A stretch of 33,997 nt of DNA, taken from assembly GCA_964389165.1 (NCBI GenBank), contig CAYMDI010000001.1, positions 1-33,997 on the forward strand. Direction: 5' to 3'. Below the pieces are notes generated by a model. It was not told the origin of the DNA. It saw nothing but the letters and a program-made list of their open reading frames with translations, and did no database searches. Within the stretch, counting starts at the first letter, position 1. Each line of letters begins with the position of its first letter. Below are positions 22,829 to 33,997 of this stretch, one piece after another. Origin of the DNA: an uncultured Eubacteriales bacterium. GTDB lineage: Bacteria > Bacillota > TC1. Both the position numbers and the translations under genes were made by a program.

Positions 22829-23412
22829 AAATCGCCATAACCGGAGGGATCGGAGCAGGGAAAAGCTATGTAGGGAAGCTCTTGAAAGACATGGGATATG
22901 AGGTTCTGGATACAGATGAGATAGCCAGAAAGCTGATGGCCCCCGGGACCGGCCTTGAGGCAAGGGTCCTGGAAGCCTTTGAAGGACAGATTACAGATCA
23001 GGAGGGCCATCTGGACAGAGCCGCTCTGCTGAAGATGATCCTTCACAACCCTGAAGCCCGGGAGAAACTGAACAGCCTGACCCACCCTGCCATCATGAAA
23101 GAGGCCTTGGCCCGTTGCCAGTCCGGACGCATCACCTTTGTTGAGGTCCCCCTTCTTTATGAGGCGGGGCTCCAAGGGCTTTTTGACGAGGTCTGGGTCC
23201 TGACAGTTCCTGCTGAAATCCGCCGCTCCCGCCTGCTGGCAAAAGGGATGGCTCCGGAAGCCATACAGGGTCTGATGGAAGCCCAGCTAACAGAGGAAGA
23301 GCGCCTGGGACGGGGTGGGATCCCCCTGGAGGGAGACAGTCCGGATCTGAAGGATTATGTAGAAGCCCTGGTGAAGGGGCTGGAAATGAGGATGGATGGA
23401 AAGCAGACTTAG
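22825..23412 (+). CDS. coaE: dephospho-CoA kinase
   Basis: The P-loop ITGGIGAGKS is present. TTG 22825 is the only plausible start, after GGAGGGAGGAAAGGAA, and it overlaps the mutM stop. The listed ORF start at 22732 lies inside mutM. Confidence 0.85.
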   Translation: MKIAITGGIGAGKSYVGKLLKDMGYEVLDTDEIARKLMAPGTGLEARVLEAFEGQITDQEGHLDRAALLKMILHNPEAREKLNSLTHPAIMKEALARCQSGRITFVEVPLLYEAGLQGLFDEVWVLTVPAEIRRSRLLAKGMAPEAIQGLMEAQLTEEERLGRGGIPLEGDSPDLKDYVEALVKGLEMRMDGKQT

Positions 23413-24256
23413 CCAGCGCAAGAGCCTGAAGGCTAATCTGGGAAGCAGCGGCTTCCGCACGAAGAAAAGCCTGGGTCAGAACTTCCTGGTAGATGAAGGG
23501 GTTGCCCAGGGGATTGTCTCCGGCTCTGGTGCAGAACCTGGAGATACGGTTCTGGAAATCGGACCGGGGGTGGGAAGCCTGACACGCTATCTCCTGCCAA
23601 GAGTGGATCGGGTTATCGCTGTGGAGCTGGACCGGGAAGCGATTCCCTTATTGGAACGGAATACAAAGGGGCTGGGGAATCTCCGGGTCATCCAGGGAGA
23701 TATCCTGAAGACTGATCTGGCAGAAATCCTGGAGGGGCAGGAGGGGGTGAAGGTCATTGCCAATCTCCCCTACTATATCACCTCCCCGATCCTCATGAAA
23801 CTGCTGGAAGAGGGACCATTCCTCTCAAGCATTACCGTAATGGTCCAGAAGGAGGTGGGAGAGCGCTTATGCGCTGTTCCAGGGACCAAGGATTATGGGA
23901 TCCTGACCCTTGCTGTAGGCTATTATGCCAGGGTCGAGAAAATCCTGGATGTGGGGAAGGAATGCTTTCATCCTGTTCCCAAGGTTGATTCTGTGGTCAT
24001 GCGCCTGATCCCCCTGCCCCTGGAGGAACGCCTTCCCCGGGAACTGGAAGAAGCCTATTTCCGCCTGATCAAGGGAGGCTTCGCCCAACGCAGGAAGAAT
24101 CTTATGAACAGCCTGGCAGCCTTTTATGGAGCTGACAGGGACAAGGTGAAGAATTTTCTTGCCCGGGGAGGGATTGCAGAAACAAGAAGAGGGGAGACCC
24201 TGTCGAAGGAAGAATATATGGCTTTGGCCAGTTTGGAAAAGGAGTTGAAACAATGA
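23396..24256 (+). CDS. rsmA: 16S rRNA (adenine1518/1519-N6)-dimethyltransferase
   Basis: Motifs KKSLGQNFLVD, LEIGPGVGSLT and ANLPYYITSPI are present. Confidence 0.9.
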   Translation: MESRLSQRKSLKANLGSSGFRTKKSLGQNFLVDEGVAQGIVSGSGAEPGDTVLEIGPGVGSLTRYLLPRVDRVIAVELDREAIPLLERNTKGLGNLRVIQGDILKTDLAEILEGQEGVKVIANLPYYITSPILMKLLEEGPFLSSITVMVQKEVGERLCAVPGTKDYGILTLAVGYYARVEKILDVGKECFHPVPKVDSVVMRLIPLPLEERLPRELEEAYFRLIKGGFAQRRKNLMNSLAAFYGADRDKVKNFLARGGIAETRRGETLSKEEYMALASLEKELKQ

Positions 24257-25047
24257 ATCCAGTCGCATTTGAAATCTTTGGCATCAGCATCATGTGGTAT
24301 GGCATCTTCATTTCTGCAGGAGTACTCAGCGTGATCCTCTATGGCGGGCTGATGCTGAAACGCTATGGAATCTATGATGAGGACCGTTACTATGGTCTGG
24401 TTCTGGCTGTGGTCCTTTCAGGATTTCTGGGGGCCCGCCTGTATTATGTCCTCTTCAACCTCGGACGCTATGATTCCTTCCTGGAAATCCTGAACTTCCG
24501 TCAGGGAGGCCTGGCTTTTCACGGTGGGGTGATCGCAGGGATTGCAGCCATCCTCATGTATACCTGGAAGAAGAAGCTGGATATCCTGCGCTATCTGGAC
24601 GTCATCGGGACAGGCACCCTCCTGGCCCAGGCAATCGGGCGCTGGGGCAACTTCTTCAATCAGGAAGCCCATGGCAGCATTGTCAGCAAGGAATTCATCA
24701 GCTCTTTCCCTGCATTCATCCAGAAAGGGATGTTTATCAACGGAGCCTATTACCATCCCACCTTCCTTTATGAATCCATAAGCGGCTTGTTCTCCTTTGC
24801 GCTCCTCACTTTCCTGATGGTCCGCTTTCCCAAGATCCGCAAGGGGACCTTCATCGCACTGGCCCTCATCGCCAACAGCATCACCCGGATCTGGGTGGAG
24901 GGGCTGCGGACAGACAGCCTGATGATCGGACAAGTGAAAGTAGCGCAGCTGGTGGGGATTTTCGCCATCTTCTTCTCCTTTCTCTATCTGCTGTATCTCT
25001 ATAGCCCCAAAGGCAATCCTGGGAAAAAGAAGAAAAAGAGGAAGTAG
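24253..25047 (+). CDS. lgt: prolipoprotein diacylglyceryl transferase
   Basis: The product contains MWYGIFISAGV, the Lgt signature GRWGNFFNQEAHG, and multiple TM helices. The start overlaps the rsmA stop (ATGA). Confidence 0.9.
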   Translation: MNPVAFEIFGISIMWYGIFISAGVLSVILYGGLMLKRYGIYDEDRYYGLVLAVVLSGFLGARLYYVLFNLGRYDSFLEILNFRQGGLAFHGGVIAGIAAILMYTWKKKLDILRYLDVIGTGTLLAQAIGRWGNFFNQEAHGSIVSKEFISSFPAFIQKGMFINGAYYHPTFLYESISGLFSFALLTFLMVRFPKIRKGTFIALALIANSITRIWVEGLRTDSLMIGQVKVAQLVGIFAIFFSFLYLLYLYSPKGNPGKKKKKRK

Positions 25048-25057
25048 AGGGATGGCA

Positions 25058-25086
25058 TTCAAATATTCCTTCAAAAATGATATAAT
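25058..25086 (+). promoter_or_regulatory. candidate promoter of pcrA-ligA-gatCAB
   Basis: TTCAAA (25058-25063), a 17-nt spacer ending in TGA, then TATAAT (25081-25086). This is an extended -10 of the TGATATAAT form. Confidence 0.55.
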
Positions 25087-25115
25087 CAATAGATAGGAAA
25101 TGAAGGGATAGTGGA

Positions 25116-29549
<4,434 letters not shown>

Positions 29550-29558
29550 GGGGGCAGG

Positions 29559-30998
29559 ATGAGCGAAATCAGAAAACTCACAGAACAGCTGAAAAAGCGG
29601 GAGCTTTCCGCTGTGGAAATAACCCAGGACTATCTGGGCCGGATCCGCCGCAAGGATGGGGAAATCGGGGCTTTCCTTGCTGTGACGGAAGAGAAGGCCC
29701 TGGCAGATGCCCAGATGCTGGACCAGGCTTTTGCCCGGGGAGAGGCCCTTGGCCCTCTGGCCGGAATCCCCATGGGGATTAAAGACAATATCTCCACCAA
29801 GGGCATCCTGACCACTTGCGGATCCCGGATTCTGGAAACCTACAGGCCCCCTTATGATGCCACAGTTGTTGAATCCCTTTACGGAGCCGGCGGCATCCTT
29901 CTTGGCAAGATGAATATGGATGAGTTCGCCATGGGCTCCTCCAATGAGAATTCAGCCTTCAAAGCTGTCCGCAACCCCTGGGACACCAGCCGGGTTCCTG
30001 GAGGCAGCAGCGGGGGTTCAGCCGCTGCTGTCGCAGCCGGAGAGGCTGTTTTCACCCTGGGATCTGATACGGGCGGGAGCATCCGCCAGCCAGCCGGCTT
30101 CTGCGGGGTGGTTGGAATGAAGCCCACCTATGGCAGGGTTTCCCGTTATGGCCTTATCGCTTATGCCTCCAGCCTGGATCAGATCGGACCCATGGCCGGC
30201 TCTGTGGAAGACTGTGCCTTGGTCCATGATATCATCAGCGGACATGACCCGAAGGATTCAACCTCGGCCAGTCTGCCGGCTACCCGCACTGCAGATCGCC
30301 TGAAGGATGGAATCAAGGGACTCCGGGTTGGAATTCCCAGAGAATATTTCGGAGGAGATGAAGGGGTGCTGAAGGTCATTCGCAAGGCCCTCTCCGTCAT
30401 GGAAGAAGCAGGGGCTATTGTGGAAGAAACAAGCCTGCCCCATACCGAATACGCACTTTCTGCCTATTACATCATTGCCTCTGCAGAAGCCAGCTCTAAT
30501 CTTGCACGCTTTGACGGCGTGCGTTATGGCAGCAGGGCCCAGGCTGAGGATGTGACGGAAATGATGTCCAGAACCCGTGGGGAATTTTTCGGAAAAGAAG
30601 TGAAAAAACGCATCCTTGCCGGGACATATGCTTTGAGCACAGGGTATTATGACGCCTACTATCTCAAGGCACTGAAAGCCAGGACCCTTCTGAAACAGGA
30701 TTTTGACAGAGCCTTCCAGAAGTATGACGTGCTGATTACGCCTATTGCTCCCACCCTTCCCTTCCGCCTTGGAGAGAATGTAGCGGATTCCATTGCCATG
30801 TATCTCGGGGATATCTGCACAGTCACCATCAACCTGGTAGGCATACCGGGGCTTACCCTGCCCTGCGGCTTTGCAGAAGGCCTGCCTGTAGGGATGCAGA
30901 TTCTTGGCAAGCCCTTTAGCGAAGAGCTCCTCTTCCAGGTGGGATACTCTTTGGAACAGCGGTTGGGGCTGAACCTGAAGATACAGGAGGTGAGATAA
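29559..30998 (+). CDS. gatA: Glu-tRNA(Gln)/Asp-tRNA(Asn) amidotransferase subunit A
   Basis: The amidase signature GGSSGGSAAAVAAG and GSDTGGSIRQPA are present. Confidence 0.95.
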   Translation: MSEIRKLTEQLKKRELSAVEITQDYLGRIRRKDGEIGAFLAVTEEKALADAQMLDQAFARGEALGPLAGIPMGIKDNISTKGILTTCGSRILETYRPPYDATVVESLYGAGGILLGKMNMDEFAMGSSNENSAFKAVRNPWDTSRVPGGSSGGSAAAVAAGEAVFTLGSDTGGSIRQPAGFCGVVGMKPTYGRVSRYGLIAYASSLDQIGPMAGSVEDCALVHDIISGHDPKDSTSASLPATRTADRLKDGIKGLRVGIPREYFGGDEGVLKVIRKALSVMEEAGAIVEETSLPHTEYALSAYYIIASAEASSNLARFDGVRYGSRAQAEDVTEMMSRTRGEFFGKEVKKRILAGTYALSTGYYDAYYLKALKARTLLKQDFDRAFQKYDVLITPIAPTLPFRLGENVADSIAMYLGDICTVTINLVGIPGLTLPCGFAEGLPVGMQILGKPFSEELLFQVGYSLEQRLGLNLKIQEVR

Positions 30999-32443
30999 TG
31001 GACGAGCGTTATGAAGCAGTCATCGGACTTGAAGTCCATGTAGAGCTGAAGACGGAATCAAAAATCTTCTGCAGCTGCAAAACAGCCTTCGGAGCAGAGC
31101 CCAACACCCAGGTCTGCCCAGTCTGTCTTGGACTTCCCGGGGTCCTTCCCGTGGTGAATGAGAAGGTTGTGGAGTATGGAGTCCGGACGGCCCTGGCCCT
31201 TGATGGTACTGTGCCAGGCTATAGCAAGTTCGACAGAAAGAACTACTATTATCCTGATCTGACAAAGAACTTCCAGACCTCTCAGTTTGATCTTCCTATC
31301 TGCGAGGCCGGGCATCTGGATATTGTCGCTGACGGTGCAGTCAGAAGAATCGGCATTACCAGAGCCCATATGGAAGAAGATGCCGGGAAGCTTGTCCATA
31401 GCGGGAAGAGCATCACCAGTTCCGACTCTTCTAACATCGATTACAACAGGACTGGAGTCCCTCTGCTGGAAATCGTATCAGAACCGGACCTCCGTTCCAG
31501 CGAAGAGGCAAAGGCCTATGTGGAAGAACTGAAGAAAATCCTCACCTACATCGATGTCTCTGACTGCAAAATGGAAGAGGGCTCCCTCCGGGCCGATGCC
31601 AACGTTTCAGTCAGGCTCAAGGGCAGCCAGACACTGGGTACCAGGACTGAAACCAAGAATCTGAACAGCCTCAAGAACCTGCAGAAAGCCATTGAATATG
31701 AAATCGACAGGCAGATCCAGGTCCTGGAAGAGGGTGGAGAGATCATTCAGGAAACCAGAACCTGGGATGAGGAGCATGAGATGACCCATGCCATGCGCTC
31801 CAAGGCAGATGCCCATGATTATCGCTACTTCCCGGAACCGGACCTTCCTCCCATCATCCTGACGGAGGAATATATCCAGGAAATCCGGGAGAGCCTTCCG
31901 GAACTTCCGGGAGCTCGGAAAAAACGCCTGATGGAGGCAGATGGCCTCTCCGCATATGATGCGGAGCTGATCATTGCTGAACGCTTCCTGGCTGACCTCT
32001 ATGATGACATCAGCCTGAAGATCAGGGAACCGAAGCTGATTGTCAACCTTCTCATGGGAGATTATGCCAGAGAGCTGGGGGCTGCCGGCCTGACCTTTCA
32101 GGATTGCCCGGTTGGGGCGGCAGACCTGGGAGAGCTGCTTTCTCTTATGCAGGAAAAAGTCATCAGCGGCAAGCTGGCGAAGGAAATCCTCCCTCTGATG
32201 ATCAGGGAAGGAAAAAATCCGAAGGCCATTGTCCAGGAGAAAGGTCTTGTGCAGATCAGCGATGAAGGGGAATTGGAGAAGATCGTTCAGGAGGTGCTCC
32301 AGGCCAATCCCAAGGCGGTAGAAGATTACAAGGCCGGGAAGGGGGCTTCCAAGGGCTTCCTGGTAGGCCAGGTGATGAAAGCCGCCAAGGGTAAAGCCAA
32401 TCCTGGTGTGGTTAACGGGCTTCTGGAGAAGCTGCTGCAATAG
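30998..32443 (+). CDS. gatB: Asp-tRNA(Asn)/Glu-tRNA(Gln) amidotransferase subunit B
   Basis: YEAVIGLEVHVEL, CPVCLGLPG and HMEEDAGK are present. The start overlaps the gatA stop (TAATG). Confidence 0.95.
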   Translation: MDERYEAVIGLEVHVELKTESKIFCSCKTAFGAEPNTQVCPVCLGLPGVLPVVNEKVVEYGVRTALALDGTVPGYSKFDRKNYYYPDLTKNFQTSQFDLPICEAGHLDIVADGAVRRIGITRAHMEEDAGKLVHSGKSITSSDSSNIDYNRTGVPLLEIVSEPDLRSSEEAKAYVEELKKILTYIDVSDCKMEEGSLRADANVSVRLKGSQTLGTRTETKNLNSLKNLQKAIEYEIDRQIQVLEEGGEIIQETRTWDEEHEMTHAMRSKADAHDYRYFPEPDLPPIILTEEYIQEIRESLPELPGARKKRLMEADGLSAYDAELIIAERFLADLYDDISLKIREPKLIVNLLMGDYARELGAAGLTFQDCPVGAADLGELLSLMQEKVISGKLAKEILPLMIREGKNPKAIVQEKGLVQISDEGELEKIVQEVLQANPKAVEDYKAGKGASKGFLVGQVMKAAKGKANPGVVNGLLEKLLQ

Positions 32444-32473
32444 GATAAAGCATAGATAAAGCATAAAAAGAGA

Positions 32474-32497
32474 GCTCCCATGGATTTCCATGGGAGC
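32474..32497. terminator. bidirectional terminator between gatB and the convergent LtaS-like gene
   Basis: GCUCCCAUGG pairs perfectly with CCAUGGGAGC around an AUUU loop. A-rich sequence precedes the hairpin and U-rich sequence follows. Confidence 0.8.
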
Positions 32498-32514
32498 CTT
32501 TGCTTTAACAGGAG

Positions 32515-33997
32515 TTATGGGGCAGAGGACTGGGGATTCTTGTAGGTCTTGTTTTCAGGAATGGTCCATTCCTTCTCCTCCAGAAACTTGCTGCCACCCA
32601 GGATATCTCCGTTGAGGAGAGAATAGAGTTCATAGATCTCTTTGTATTCAGGGCTGTCAGTGAAATAGAAGGTATTATCCATGACCAGATAGGCATTGGT
32701 CATGCTGTTGATATTCCGCTGGGAGAGAAGTGAGAGGATTTTCAGATAGTTTGGTGTCTGGATTCCTGTGCCTGAAAAGAGGCGGGCCAGGAGAAGGCTG
32801 GCATCCAGGGTGTCCGGGGAACCCTTCGGCCTTTCATAGTTGCTCCAGATAAAGGCTGGGGTCACATGGGTGATATAGTCGTTTTCAGGGGTGGTCAGGT
32901 TGTCCACCAGTCCAAGATCCATGTAGGCATTCCCGTTCTGATTCACTTTGGGATAATGATCTCCATAAAAGAGGAGAAGGGTAGGGCGCTTCCGGGCTGC
33001 AAGGGCGGAGATGAAATCTTCCAGGGCATCATCGCTAGCCTTCAGGCTAGAAAGATAGGTGTTGTAGATGCGCAGGGTTTTGGTGTTCTCCAGCTTGCCC
33101 CCCACATACACGACGGCATTCTCATAGCCTTCCGGGGCTACAAAGGGGGTGTGATTCTGCATGCTTACGCCCATGACGAACCGGTAAGGGCTGCCAGTAT
33201 CCTTTTCCAGCTCCTGAAGGACATGGCTATAGAGCATCTCATCAGTCATGTAGTCATCCACGGCATCCCAGTAGCGGGTATCCTCTGTGACAACTTTGGT
33301 GCCTGCAAGATATTCCAGGCCATAGAAGGTATCGAAGCCCAGCAGGCGGTAGGCATTATCCCTGCGGTAAAAGGTGCTGTGGAAGGGATGGAGCATGGTC
33401 GCACTGTAGCCGTTGTTCTTCAGGATGCTTCCCACAGAGACTGTGGGCTTTACGAGATAGTTGGAAAAGACAGTGGCATCACTGGGATAGAAGATGGTAG
33501 ACATTCCGGTTATCACTTCAAATTCTGAGTTCGCCGTTCCTCCTGCAAAACTGGGCACTGAAATGCTGAAGCTGTCTGCCTGGCTCTGGAGGGCCCTGAA
33601 GTAGGGCAGGGGATCTTCTGAAAAGTTATCCAGACCAAGAACCGAAGGATCTGTGAAGGATTCACTCTGAATGATTACAACATCCGGCATAAGGGTGGAC
33701 GTGTTCAGAGGAACCTGTTCCAAAAGCGGAGCAAGTGATTCACGGACCTGATCCTCTTCCGGGACCCTGAGGGAAGTGGTATTTTTAATCTGAGCGGCAA
33801 AATAGTACAGGGAGCCGCTCTCTTCAATGTATAGCTTCCTTTTTATTCCCGCGCTTTTTATAGTGATGGTATAGGGCCCGAAGAAGTAAAGGAAGAGAGA
33901 CAGGAGCACAAAGGCCAGAATCCCGTTCTTGCGGAACTTGGGATTCAGACGGATTACAGGCATATTCAGGATCAGAAAAAGGGAAAGGATCAGGATC
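32515..33997 (-). CDS. LTA synthase / sulfatase-family membrane enzyme (LtaS-like), 5' end outside the window
   Basis: The sulfatase-type extracellular domain shows IIQSESFTDPS, GGTANSEFEVITG and FYGDHYP. The reading frame stays open upstream of the listed Met through hydrophobic codons to the window edge, so the N-terminal TM region is truncated by the window. Confidence 0.8.
   Translation of the reverse strand, partial: ILILSLFLILNMPVIRLNPKFRKNGILAFVLLSLFLYFFGPYTITIKSAGIKRKLYIEESGSLYYFAAQIKNTTSLRVPEEDQVRESLAPLLEQVPLNTSTLMPDVVIIQSESFTDPSVLGLDNFSEDPLPYFRALQSQADSFSISVPSFAGGTANSEFEVITGMSTIFYPSDATVFSNYLVKPTVSVGSILKNNGYSATMLHPFHSTFYRRDNAYRLLGFDTFYGLEYLAGTKVVTEDTRYWDAVDDYMTDEMLYSHVLQELEKDTGSPYRFVMGVSMQNHTPFVAPEGYENAVVYVGGKLENTKTLRIYNTYLSSLKASDDALEDFISALAARKRPTLLLFYGDHYPKVNQNGNAYMDLGLVDNLTTPENDYITHVTPAFIWSNYERPKGSPDTLDASLLLARLFSGTGIQTPNYLKILSLLSQRNINSMTNAYLVMDNTFYFTDSPEYKEIYELYSLLNGDILGGSKFLEEKEWTIPENKTYKNPQSSAP

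Overview
The window looks like a chromosomal segment of a Gram-positive anaerobe, probably Clostridia. Supporting signs are a SigH-type sigma factor, a T-box leader, an LtaS-like enzyme, a SCIFF peptide system and Firmicutes-style synteny. It appears moderately GC-rich by eye. About 80% is tightly packed housekeeping genes: cysS'-mrnC-thyX-rlmB-sigH, pepD, T-box-thrS, polA-mutM-coaE-rsmA-lgt and pcrA-ligA-gatCAB. I saw no rRNA or tRNA genes, no CRISPR array and no transposase, integrase or phage genes.

The two most interesting features are both invisible or broken in the supplied ORF track.
1. A 48-codon minus-strand gene (16373..16519) encodes a SCIFF-type six-cysteine RiPP precursor. It sits directly upstream of a radical-SAM/SPASM maturase. 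The maturase's artefactual 5' extension in the ORF track hides the peptide gene. The pair is packed head-to-tail with trxB and htrA.
2. A Bcp-type peroxiredoxin (4284..4730) carries an in-frame TGA exactly at the peroxidatic-cysteine position. This makes it a candidate selenoprotein rather than the 88-aa fragment listed.

Other accessory content:
- A RR-then-HK LytTR/AgrC-like two-component pair with no peptide or AgrB gene nearby.
- An HTH-plus-acidic-tract protein of unknown function.
- A transcriptionally insulated polytopic membrane protein.
- An M20D amidohydrolase.
- An unknown 163-aa ORF translationally coupled to asnB.

Both headline families (SCIFF and selenocysteine peroxiredoxins) are already described in the literature. 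I do not see a clearly new multi-gene system. Any novelty would lie in the gene contexts flagged below. All calls rest on reading motifs by eye, and no database search was possible.
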